DNA of 64,000 bases from a virus. Its lineage: Duplodnaviria; Caudoviricetes. Location: IMG/VR virus record IMGVR_UViG_3300020236_000037, positions 2,051 through 66,050 of that record; one strand, 5' to 3'. The notes beneath the pieces are model-generated. The model was not told the DNA's origin. It saw only the letters and a program-made list of their open reading frames with translations, and made no database searches. The position numbers and the translations under genes are program-made. This document shows positions 39,245 through 47,951 of the stretch, in pieces. How positions within the stretch are numbered: the first letter of the stretch is position 1; each line of letters begins with the position of its first letter.

Positions 39245-39273
39245 TTGACACCGAATTCTCAGGATGTTACTCT
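39245..39273 (+). promoter_or_regulatory. sigma70-like promoter
   Basis: TTGACA-N17-TACTCT. Confidence 0.65.
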
Positions 39274-39386
39274 GGCTTCTGTGATGAAGAACGAATCAAA
39301 CACAAGCCCGCCACCCAGAATTCTAGGACCTCTCGGTCCCTGTCTTCATCACAATGGGTGGCGGGTATTTTCCACAGGGTGATCAC

Positions 39387-39701
39387 ATGGAATACGAGAA
39401 TCTACCCCTGGACCTTCAGGCGTTCGTTGACAGGGGAATGATTGACCTGAAGATGGCTGGCGAGCTCACGACTCTGAGGATCCTCCCGGCCGACAGCGTG
39501 GCTCACCTTCGGTATGGAGACAAGGGCCAGCTTCTCACTCCCGCTGCTCGGCTCAAGGCACAGAAGGAGAAGCTGATGAACTACAAGTCTGTCCCTCGGT
39601 GTTGCTGTGATCCGAGGATGAACTACGAATCCAGAAACCTTCCTGACGCTTGGGAAGAATACAAGAAGGGACGCGATGATGGAGTATCACGAACTAGCTA
39701 A
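39387..39701 (+). CDS. hypothetical protein
   Basis: Likely ATG at 39387, downstream of the promoter. Confidence 0.55.
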   Translation: MEYENLPLDLQAFVDRGMIDLKMAGELTTLRILPADSVAHLRYGDKGQLLTPAARLKAQKEKLMNYKSVPRCCCDPRMNYESRNLPDAWEEYKKGRDDGVSRTS

Positions 39702-40578
39702 GGCATTTCCGCAGCTTCAAGGAGAGGCGTTCGACGAGCTGGTGGCCGACGTCAAGGAAAACGGCCTCCGTGAGGCGATCACGACCCACGAGGGGAAGAT
39801 CCTGGATGGTGTTAACCGGCACAGAGCCTGCGAGAAGGCAGGGGTTAAGGCTGAATTCACGCAGCTACAGGGTCACGTAGACCCCGTAGGATTCGTGATC
39901 AGTATGAACCTGAAACGTAGGCACCTCAGTGTGCAGCAGAGAGCCTCGATAGGCTCTGATATCCTAAAGTACGCAAAGGATCACCCCGAATCGAAGGCCA
40001 ATCGTCCCGAGGAACCCACTGAGGCAGAATGTCTGAATTCAGACATTACCCCCACCTCAGAGGCAGAGGTTGCTGAGGTAATGAACGTCCCGAGGAGTTC
40101 AGTTGCTCTCGTCTCTAAGATCAAAAGGGAAGGAACCATCGCTCTGAACAAGGCCATCACAGATGACAGGATCTCCCTGTCTGCCGCAGAGCGAGCCTTG
40201 AAACTCTCACCTGAGGATCAGGACGAAGTAGCCTCACAGAAGACCAAGTCCGCGGCGAACAAGATCCTGAAGGCGAAGCTAGAAGAGCTGACACCTTCAG
40301 GAGACAGCGAGTCGACATCACAAAGCACCGAGGCAAGCGAAGATCCCGTGGTGGAAGAAGACCATGAAGAACCAGAGAATCGGGTTGATCTGAATTTCAA
40401 AGGCCTTCTCAACCCTAACACCATAGTAGACACGTCTTTAGCTGACGTCACAGAGTTCGATTCTGCACCTCTTCATACCCTCGAACACAACGACGGTTAC
40501 TCTCTGATCTACCTCCCCGACTCAATGATCGCCACCCTCAAGGAGGTGGTCTTAGAGCGTGAGGAAATTAACTTCTAG
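39676..40578 (+). CDS. ParB/Srx-like N-terminal domain protein
   Basis: FDELVADVKENGLREAI...ILDGVNRHRAC...FVISMNLKRRHL. Confidence 0.8.
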   Translation: MMEYHELAKAFPQLQGEAFDELVADVKENGLREAITTHEGKILDGVNRHRACEKAGVKAEFTQLQGHVDPVGFVISMNLKRRHLSVQQRASIGSDILKYAKDHPESKANRPEEPTEAECLNSDITPTSEAEVAEVMNVPRSSVALVSKIKREGTIALNKAITDDRISLSAAERALKLSPEDQDEVASQKTKSAANKILKAKLEELTPSGDSESTSQSTEASEDPVVEEDHEEPENRVDLNFKGLLNPNTIVDTSLADVTEFDSAPLHTLEHNDGYSLIYLPDSMIATLKEVVLEREEINF

Positions 40579-40810
40579 GAGAATGACATGTTCAATCAGG
40601 TAGGTTCCTGTTGTATCAGGAGCCACATCGTGGACCTAAAAATATGGGAAAAGGTCTCTGACAGCAAGAATGAAGAACCCATAGCAGTAACCCCGTAGAT
40701 GCCTCTAGAACGCGTCATGGCTCTTCATCGTCTCCCAGAGGGCACGTCCTCTTCAGGAACGCCTCACTGGCGATGCCAGGTGTGCCGTCCCCGGAACCAA
40801 CAAGGCAATC

Positions 40811-41245
40811 ATGAACATCCTCATTATGACAGTAGGACTTCCTCAGAGTGGGAAAAGCACTTGGGCGAGAAGTCAGATATTCCCGATAGTATGTCCCGAT
40901 TCGATCAGACTAGGACTGCACGGGCATCAGTTTGTCAGTCAGGCAGAGCCTTTTGTGTGGGCAATCGCAAAGGTGATGGTCCGCTCTCTTTTTCTATCTG
41001 GTCATGGTACCGTGATCCTTGACGCAACTAATGTAACGAAGAAAAGACGCGATGATTGGGTGTCAGAATCGTGGACCAGGACCTTCAAGGAGTTCAGGAC
41101 GTCGAAAGAAATCTGCGTGGAAAGAGCGTTGAAAACGTTCGCAGGACATGACAACCTGGATGGGGTTCTCGCTGCAATTGATCGCATGAGCAAAAATCTG
41201 GAATGGGTTGATAATGAAGAGTGTGACTGTAAGACCCAGGTATGA
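40811..41245 (+). CDS. AAA_33 / polynucleotide-kinase-like P-loop protein
   Basis: TVGLPQSGKSTW...VILDATNVTKKRR. Confidence 0.8.
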   Translation: MNILIMTVGLPQSGKSTWARSQIFPIVCPDSIRLGLHGHQFVSQAEPFVWAIAKVMVRSLFLSGHGTVILDATNVTKKRRDDWVSESWTRTFKEFRTSKEICVERALKTFAGHDNLDGVLAAIDRMSKNLEWVDNEECDCKTQV

Positions 41246-41281
41246 ACCGTAGCGCATCTGCCAGCATCTGACACAGCTCTC

Positions 41282-41425
41282 GAAGTTTCGTAGCTCCCAA
41301 AGCGTGAGGTGAGCAATGTACGGGTTTTGAAGTTTGAGAGCTCCTAAAGTGTAGGGTGACCTTTCTGTACGGGCTGGGAAGTTTTGTGGCTCCTAAAGTG
41401 GGAGAGTACCCTACATACACGTTCT
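41282..41425 (+). repeat. three degenerate direct repeats with about 47-49 bp period
   Basis: gaagttt..(a/g)gctcc(c/t)aaag(c/t)g at 41282, 41329 and 41378. Confidence 0.7.
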
Positions 41426-41870
41426 AGCCGGTTTGGGGGCCTATGGGGGGTCGGTTTTGGGGACAGTAATACTACTGTGCGCCTACGCGACATCGACGTA
41501 ACCCTATTGGAATTGTATGCTTGCGTCGATACTGCTCCTAATCGGCACGGACACCACCATATACCCTGGTTTCTATCGTTGGTTGGGGGGGGGGCTTCTG
41601 TTCTGGCAGAGAAAATGTGGGGAATTGGGGTGATTCCGTTCTGTTCCCCTTACGCTATCACCCCACCGAGCAGCGGCGCTATCCGTACTCCTCTCTTCTC
41701 TCTTCTCTTATGACGACACAAGGCACCTACGGTGCGATCACGACGCGTCATCCGGGTTTCTGTTACCGTACTATGGCGTTCCTGCTCATCCACCCTACGC
41801 ATGGTAGCGACATTGTCGGTGTCGTGCCGCTGCGTAGGGTGATCGGGTGGAGTCCAGACAATATCGGCTC

Positions 41871-41899
41871 TTGACAACGGGACGACTACACTGTACTAT
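41871..41899 (+). promoter_or_regulatory. strong sigma70-like (early) promoter
   Basis: TTGACA-N17-TACTAT. Confidence 0.7.
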
Positions 41900-42001
41900 T
41901 GGGGTGTTAGGTGACCTTGTTGACACCATACCAACTGACGGGAGGGGACAACTGATTGGAGGACGGAGCGTTTACCACACAACCACTAAACGGAGTTAAT
42001 C

Positions 42002-42592
42002 ATGAACATGACGGATCTTAGAACGCGATGGCAATCAGCCGATGTACACGATGACCTAGTGGACCATGCTGAACGAGTAGCCTACTGCCTGGCACTCGCT
42101 TGCGCTGGAGAGCCAGTACCATCGCTGGCCTGCAGTGAGCGCAGGCAGAATGCTCGCGATATCGCGGATGGCGCGCCGGGTGAGGCATATATCCGCTGCG
42201 CAGCTGCTGTTGATGCGCTCACGGGAGAAGTGGCGCCCTATTACATTGCCAGCGCCAGCCTATGGGCGCGGCAACAATCTACCGTTTGGGGCCGAAGCAG
42301 GGAGCGCGATGCGATCGATTGGTCGGTAATCCCCACCCCCCCAGATCGGCCGTGCTGGGATTACGATCCAGTTGCAGGGTTGCCGCCAGATCTACGTCCG
42401 GTCGCGAGAGGCATCGCGCGCGGCGACACACAAGCCGAGCTGGCGCGCGAGCTAGGTTGCGCGTCGCGCACGATCCAACGGCATATCTCGCGACTCCGCG
42501 GCATGCTCCCGAGCCCCGATACCCTCCTAGGCGGCGCCTATTATGGTCTGCTTGAGTATCTGCGCTCGACCAGCAGGATCGATTGCACCTAG
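42002..42592 (+). CDS. sigma-factor-like / HTH transcriptional regulator
   Basis: C-terminal LPPDLRPVARGIARGDTQAELARELGCASRTIQRHISRL resembles sigma region 4. Confidence 0.65.
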   Translation: MNMTDLRTRWQSADVHDDLVDHAERVAYCLALACAGEPVPSLACSERRQNARDIADGAPGEAYIRCAAAVDALTGEVAPYYIASASLWARQQSTVWGRSRERDAIDWSVIPTPPDRPCWDYDPVAGLPPDLRPVARGIARGDTQAELARELGCASRTIQRHISRLRGMLPSPDTLLGGAYYGLLEYLRSTSRIDCT

Positions 42593-42737
42593 CACCCGAT
42601 CGCCATTTACAGCCCCTCATGGCGTCGTGCCGCGAGGGGCTATTTTTATGCGCTCACATGTCGTGCCAGTGTGTAGGGAGTGCAGAGCGGACCCGTTGGC
42701 GGACCGCACAATATGTACTAGTAGGGAGATCGATGAT

Positions 42738-43115
42738 ATGGCTACCGTAGCCGAAGCAAGCGTACAATTACCCGCCAATATCCAAGCGCAGCTTGACGAG
42801 CTGGCGCAGTACCGCGCCGCCGAGGAGAAGCGCAAGGCCACTGCAGAGCTGGAGCGCCGGAGAGCCGAGGCAACCGAAGGTGTTGCGCTGCCGTCTGGCG
42901 GGAAAATCAAAGTTTCAGACGGTGGAAAGATCGCTATTCACCCGCCAGCAGACGGGACGCGCAAGACGTACCCATCATGGTCGATCAGACCGGAAGACCT
43001 AGAGACGCTCGCCGCTGAAGACTGGCAAGCAGTACTCGATTTTGCGGCATCGCATGTGAAATTCACCATGACCAAAGCAGCCTATATAGCGCTGCGAGAA
43101 AACGGCAAAAAGTAG
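42738..43115 (+). CDS. hypothetical early protein
   Basis: GGGAG RBS, ATG at 42738; followed by a terminator. Confidence 0.6.
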   Translation: MATVAEASVQLPANIQAQLDELAQYRAAEEKRKATAELERRRAEATEGVALPSGGKIKVSDGGKIAIHPPADGTRKTYPSWSIRPEDLETLAAEDWQAVLDFAASHVKFTMTKAAYIALRENGKK

Positions 43116-43120
43116 CTTCC

Positions 43121-43154
43121 AACCCTGTTCCCGTCTTGGGGGGCAGGGTTTTCT
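43121..43154 (+). terminator. intrinsic terminator
   Basis: aaccctgttccc-gtctt-gggggcagggtt followed by ttct. Confidence 0.75.
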
Positions 43155-43221
43155 ACGCGCTGACCTTACCGACCTGACAGGGTCTATTGCGCTCCGATGG
43201 ACCGGCTGGAAAACCAGGGGG

Positions 43222-43400
43222 AATCTGGCCGCATCTTAGCTTTCCCAGGCTCAATCTGGCCGCACCTTGCTGGATAGTGAGTGATTTGGCCGCATCAACG
43301 AAGGGACAATCGCCAATGTAACACCGTACAATGCACGACATTATTGTCGCTAGTAGCCAGTAAAGTTAGGAGGTACAATAGGTTACGCTCCGGCCGCATC
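43222..43400 (+). repeat. four copies of (t/c)GGCCGCA(T/C)C
   Basis: Aligned starts at 43222, 43253, 43283 and 43387. Confidence 0.65.
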
Positions 43401-43516
43401 GCCTAGGGTGAGATATATCTACACTCACCCCCTCCGTCGGGTGGTGTCGTCCGTCGGCGTAGGGTGAGCGAGGACCGATCGGGTTCGCACAACTACCTAG
43501 AAAAGGGAGACGAGAC

Positions 43517-43777
43517 ATGAAGATTATGTTCATTGATGGATCTGGAAATGGACTACTGAAGGAAGCAACCCTACCGTCGGGGACCACCCTCGGCGAGCTA
43601 ATTACCCTGGAGAAGGGACGCTCAAGTGTCGGCGACGGACACATGATCCGTATTCGCCGCGGCATGGATACTCTCGGAGGACAAGGAGTTGATGCACTGA
43701 GTGAAAGTGAAGTTCTCCAGGATGGAGACAAGGTAGCCGTGACAGTTCTTAAACACCAAGGAGGAGTCATTGCGTAG
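43517..43777 (+). CDS. ubiquitin-like (beta-grasp, ThiS/MoaD-like) protein
   Basis: 86 aa; ...EVLQDGDKVAVTVLKHQGG-VIA; di-Gly followed by a 3-aa extension. Confidence 0.8.
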   Translation: MKIMFIDGSGNGLLKEATLPSGTTLGELITLEKGRSSVGDGHMIRIRRGMDTLGGQGVDALSESEVLQDGDKVAVTVLKHQGGVIA

Positions 43778-43890
43778 GCTCCCTGCTAGCTGCCACCCAC
43801 AGTGACAATGTCCGTGACCTTTTGGTTCTAGAGACTGTGTCTAAGGGGTGGTAGCCTGCTGGCAATCTACTAACGAGAAAGGGAAAGACC

Positions 43891-44982
43891 ATGGGTAGAA
43901 GAAAGGACGTGCTAAAGGCATTCCGCATAGCAAGTAAGTTTCACATGCCTGATGTGAACAAACCGCTCGCTGATGCAAGTAAAGCAATCGACCTCTTGAT
44001 GAGTAGCTACAGAGGGAAGGTTACGGTCGCAAGGTTGAGAATGCCATTGGCCAGACGGAGAAGGCCACCCGGAGTGTGCAGGTCTTTTCCGGGAAGAATA
44101 AAGTCTCACGCTGAAGTCATAGAAAACACCACCCGAAACAACACCAGTAAGATAGAGATCCTTAAAGTGAGGATCAACGATGCCAGTCGAGAGATTGAAG
44201 GCATACTCGACAGACTCAAACATGCAAAAGGCGCTCTGGATCTCAATGGCCTGGCAGCCGACATTTTAGCGATTCAGAGCGAGTATAAAGTCAATGCAGG
44301 GACAGACGGTATTTACGTTATCTTCCCAGAGATAACGATCGTAAGTGAAGAGCGCTCGGTTTGTATTGGCAGCGTCACGCTGCTGATAAAGTACGCGATA
44401 TTTTCTGAGGGGAAGCAGCGGTTAATTCGTGTACTGGGAAACGACGAAACAGACTGCCGGCCCGAGAATTACATACACCCTCATGTATTCGCTAACGGGA
44501 TAATATGCTTCGGTGAAGGTGACGTCAGGTCTGCAATTAAGAAAAACAATCTCCTTGGCATTGTAGACGCAGTAAAGAACCTACTCGAATCGTGCAATGA
44601 AGAGGACTGTGTAGAGAGCTTCAATTCCTGGTTCAGTCCAGTGTGCAAAGACTGCGGAAGCGCAGCGAACAATATGTGCGATGCTTGCGGTAAGCCTTGC
44701 TGCTGTGTAAATACGTGCAATCACTGCATGTGCCAGTCTTGCATTGATTGCAGTAAGGGGTTTTCGTTCGATCTAGATCTTTGCTGTGATTGTCACAGTT
44801 TATGCGATACGTGTAGAGAAGACTTCTCAAACAGAGACCTTGAAGATGGTGAGTGTTCCGACTGTATCGAAGAAAGGGAAAATGATGAACGTGAAGAGCA
44901 GGAGCGTATTGAAGAAGAACGAGAAGAACAGGAGCGTATCGAAAAAGAGGAGCGAGAAAGCGAATCGGGCACTGCGGATTAA
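43891..44982 (+). CDS. prokaryotic E2-like conjugating enzyme with C-terminal Cys-rich zinc region and acidic tail
   Basis: YIHPHVFANGIICFGEG (HPH..C motif); numerous CxxC pairs. Confidence 0.75.
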   Translation: MGRRKDVLKAFRIASKFHMPDVNKPLADASKAIDLLMSSYRGKVTVARLRMPLARRRRPPGVCRSFPGRIKSHAEVIENTTRNNTSKIEILKVRINDASREIEGILDRLKHAKGALDLNGLAADILAIQSEYKVNAGTDGIYVIFPEITIVSEERSVCIGSVTLLIKYAIFSEGKQRLIRVLGNDETDCRPENYIHPHVFANGIICFGEGDVRSAIKKNNLLGIVDAVKNLLESCNEEDCVESFNSWFSPVCKDCGSAANNMCDACGKPCCCVNTCNHCMCQSCIDCSKGFSFDLDLCCDCHSLCDTCREDFSNRDLEDGECSDCIEERENDEREEQERIEEEREEQERIEKEERESESGTAD

Positions 44983-45688
44983 GGCATCGGCCTACGCAAA
45001 GCTGTTGTGGTTCCGAGACAATAAGGATGTAGAAATAGGAGGGTTTGGAATATCATCCAAGGAGGACCCTCTGCTTGTTGTTGACTTCATCCTTGCGCCT
45101 CAGACATGCGGTGTGTGCTCGACCCGGTTTGATCCAGACGGCCTTTCTGACATGCACTTCAAGATGTCAGAGCTAGGGTATGACCCTTCGGAGTGGTATC
45201 GAATCTGGATTCACACACACCCTGAAATGCCGGCAGAACCATCGTGCACCGATGAGTGGAACCTAGCCGATGTGTATGGTGATCACAACTGGGCAGTAAT
45301 GGCGATTGTCAGCAAGACGGGTGATCATTATGCTCGTCTTGTCCACAATGAAGGACCACCTTCAGCCGTTCGGATTGACTTCGGAATTGAGACAGTCGAT
45401 TGTTCACCCCCTGTTACTGCCGTCGACGTTAAATCTCTCATCGAAGAGTACGACGAAAACGTCAAGGTAATGGAAAGCTGGATTAACGAACCGCCTGAAT
45501 ATATCGGAGAGCAAAAAGGCTACGTCGGCGGAAACGGCGAGTACATGGAAGACCGTAAGATCCTCGATCTTCATTACAATGAAGTAATCCAATGGTCGAA
45601 GGACAACTACTATCTGCGAGAAGAAGAGGACACCCCTCACGTCGATAGTGAAGAGTACCTCGATCTATTCCTTGAATGGTCCGAGTGA
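44885..45688 (+). CDS. JAB/MPN+ metalloprotease (deubiquitinase-like); start uncertain
   Basis: YAKLLWFRD...EIGGFG...WIHTHPEMPAEPSCTD (E, HxH, S, D residues). Confidence 0.85.
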   Translation: MNVKSRSVLKKNEKNRSVSKKRSEKANRALRIKASAYAKLLWFRDNKDVEIGGFGISSKEDPLLVVDFILAPQTCGVCSTRFDPDGLSDMHFKMSELGYDPSEWYRIWIHTHPEMPAEPSCTDEWNLADVYGDHNWAVMAIVSKTGDHYARLVHNEGPPSAVRIDFGIETVDCSPPVTAVDVKSLIEEYDENVKVMESWINEPPEYIGEQKGYVGGNGEYMEDRKILDLHYNEVIQWSKDNYYLREEEDTPHVDSEEYLDLFLEWSE

Positions 45689-45706
45689 TAACCACGTCCC
45701 TTTCGG

Positions 45707-45744
45707 CGCCAGTGGCCCCTGCGTTGGGGGCTGCTGGCGTTTTT
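45707..45744 (+). terminator. terminator-like hairpin between the JAB and E1 genes
   Basis: cgccagtggccc / gggctgctggcg stem followed by ttttt. Confidence 0.6.
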
Positions 45745-45759
45745 ACCAGGAGATCAAAG

Positions 45760-46425
45760 ATGGACCTATACAGAAGGCAAAGAGGTATCTGTCCTACCAG
45801 AGAGTTTCAGGAGCAGACATTCATTGTTATCGGGGTTGGCGCAGTCGGACATGAAGTTTCTATGCAACTAGCTGCGATGGGTGCGACGAAAGTGCATCTT
45901 GTAGATTTTGATCGGGTTGAAGATCATAACTGCCTGAGCCAGGGGTATCTGACGTCCGACGTAGAAAAAACAAAGGTCGACGCAACTGCACTGTTAATGC
46001 AAAGCGTAACTCCAAGAGGGATGTTAATTGAAGAACACGACTGCAAGGTGCAGGCGGCGGAAAATCTGCCAAAGTCTGCCGTATGGTTCTCCTGTCCAGA
46101 TTCAATAGGAGCAAGAAAGGCAACCTACTTCCGATACCAGAAAGAACAGGGTGCCGCGCTGTTCGATGCCAGGGTCCTAGGTGAGACAATCAGGATCTGC
46201 ACAACACATAGGAGTGCCGACCCCGAGCAGTACAAAGGGACCCTATTTGCCGATGAAGAGGCTGTCCGGGGTAACTGTCATTCACAAATGATCATGTTCG
46301 GAGCGCGTATTGGAGCCAGCCTATTGGTAAGGGAAATGACAGCATGGCTCCGGGGGATCGAGATTGTTCCAGATATGACGTTTAACCTTATGTCCAGAGA
46401 TCTGTACGTCCCCGCAACGGTGTAA
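45760..46425 (+). CDS. ThiF/E1-like activating enzyme
   Basis: YRRQ Arg finger, IGVGAVG, DFDRVEDHN, candidate catalytic Cys in GNCH; AGGAG RBS. Confidence 0.9.
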   Translation: MDLYRRQRGICPTREFQEQTFIVIGVGAVGHEVSMQLAAMGATKVHLVDFDRVEDHNCLSQGYLTSDVEKTKVDATALLMQSVTPRGMLIEEHDCKVQAAENLPKSAVWFSCPDSIGARKATYFRYQKEQGAALFDARVLGETIRICTTHRSADPEQYKGTLFADEEAVRGNCHSQMIMFGARIGASLLVREMTAWLRGIEIVPDMTFNLMSRDLYVPATV

Positions 46426-46438
46426 GACGATGGGTGGT

Positions 46439-46517
46439 TGGTCAGTAGCTCAAACGGAAGAGCGCCGTCGGAATGTACATCCGGCGTAGGTTGCTGGTTC
46501 AAGTCCAGCCTGACCAG
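46439..46517 (+). tRNA. tRNA-like element with an elongated, non-canonical anticodon arm
   Basis: 7-bp acceptor stem TGGTCAG/CTGACCA; D arm GCTC/GAGC with GG; T arm GCTGG-TTCAAGT-CCAGC; 29 nt between D and T stems instead of about 23; no encoded CCA. Confidence 0.65.
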
Positions 46518-46763
46518 TTTGATAGTCGATAGAAAGGGGCCTATCCTGCAATCGGCACACCTTCAGTGCATTGCAGGGCAACACGCGATAGTTGCCTTGA
46601 GCAGGTAAGGTACGGACGTCCGGTTGATACTAGAACTGGTTGGCCATGGCCGCTTTTAATTTCAACAATACACCACTTAGCTTGTAGCCTAGTGGTGGCT
46701 GCCGGCCTGGGTTAATTCTGCCGATGACGCCTAGGCCGGCTCCTTCTCTAAATGGAGTTAAGC

Positions 46764-47450
46764 ATGCCAATTCTAGCGTGGGAAGGACCAAGCAGGGTCG
46801 ATAGATCTCCTGTCATTGTCCTTATTACTGGGTACAAACGAGCGTCAAAGAACGAGAAGACTGGACCAATGATTCAGTCTTGGATACTCCCGAGAGATCT
46901 ACCCCCACATGCCGCACAGAAAACCGGAGCTGATGTTTCAGTGTGCGGACAATGTCCCCTTAGAGGTGGCTCATGCTATGTCATCACGCATTGGGGACCC
47001 TTCCAGGCCTGGAAAAGCTGGAATGAAGGCAATGTCGACCCCCTGGATGCGTGGGACAAGCCTATGCCACTAAGGATCGGCGCCTACGGTGATCCTGCTG
47101 CCGTTCCTGCGTCCGTCTGGACTAAGCTACTCAATCTACCAGTATGCACCGGAAGGACGGCATACACCCACCACTGGAGGCTCAAGAGAGGGTCTCATCT
47201 GAAGGGTCTTGCCATGGCAAGCGTGGAAACTGTCGAAGGTGGACGCGACGCCGTCAAGCAGGGGTGGAAGTACTTCCGAGCTGGCACTGATGGCGCAGCT
47301 GAAGGTGAGATCGAATGTCCGCACTACTCACGCGGAGTCCAGTGTGCAGACTGTAAGCTGTGCGATGGAAGTAAGGCCAACATCTACGTGGATGTCCACG
47401 GCAGCGACTCGAAGAAACTGGCATTCAGCAAGCTAAGGAAAAACTCATAG
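46764..47450 (+). CDS. Cys-rich phage protein (GP88-like family, tentative)
   Basis: NEKTGPMIQSWIL, VCGQCPL...CYV, LRIGAYGDPAAVP, YTHHW, CxxCxLC. Confidence 0.5.
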   Translation: MPILAWEGPSRVDRSPVIVLITGYKRASKNEKTGPMIQSWILPRDLPPHAAQKTGADVSVCGQCPLRGGSCYVITHWGPFQAWKSWNEGNVDPLDAWDKPMPLRIGAYGDPAAVPASVWTKLLNLPVCTGRTAYTHHWRLKRGSHLKGLAMASVETVEGGRDAVKQGWKYFRAGTDGAAEGEIECPHYSRGVQCADCKLCDGSKANIYVDVHGSDSKKLAFSKLRKNS

Positions 47451-47563
47451 TAGACGGGCGATCATGCTGCGTGCAAGACTGACGGACACGACAATAACGG
47501 GAGCCGCAACCCGATCTATTGCGGCTGCGAACGGCCAGCAACACGGCCGACGGAGAACTGATT

Positions 47564-47890
47564 ATGAGAACTGCATACTGCCCGAAATCACACGCGGAAT
47601 TGGCATCTGTTACTGTCGGCACACCGTATGGTCATGTGCCTGGGCACACATATCGGGATGTCGATATCGTTGTTTCGAAAAAGAACGATAAGTTCCGCGC
47701 CCATATTTGCGAAACCTGGGGCTCGGCCCAAGGGTTTGACGAAGAGCACGGGCGGCGAGAAGTTATCGGCCGTGGCGATTCTATTCGAAAATCACTCGAC
47801 GAAGCACTTGACCGCGCAAGAGAAGCCGACATTACGCTGGATCTACTCATCCAGGCCGTTTCACTAGCCGAAGATGAAGCCGACGAGTAA
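47564..47890 (+). CDS. hypothetical protein
   Basis: GGAG RBS, ATG at 47564. Confidence 0.55.
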   Translation: MRTAYCPKSHAELASVTVGTPYGHVPGHTYRDVDIVVSKKNDKFRAHICETWGSAQGFDEEHGRREVIGRGDSIRKSLDEALDRAREADITLDLLIQAVSLAEDEADE

Positions 47891-47891
47891 C

Positions 47892-47951
47892 GCGAAACCC
47901 GCCTAGTGCGGGTCCGATAGACTGGCAATCTATCGCTGACGAGCACGCCAG
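47892..47951 (+). ncRNA. type II hammerhead ribozyme with pseudoknot
   Basis: gc-GAAA-CCCGC/GCGGG-UC (cleavage after 47914)-CGAUAGA/UCUAUCG-CUGACGA-gc; loop CUGGC pairs with downstream GCCAG. Confidence 0.85.

Noticed and set aside
41384-41877. ORFs 41384..41713, 41617..41874 and 41650..41877
   Set aside because: They cross G-runs and a microsatellite, lack an RBS and have no protein-like pattern
46540-46615. HDV-like ribozyme fold (cctgc/gcagg with ggcaac/gttgcc)
   Set aside because: No P1 partner strand could be found; simple hairpins explain the sequence
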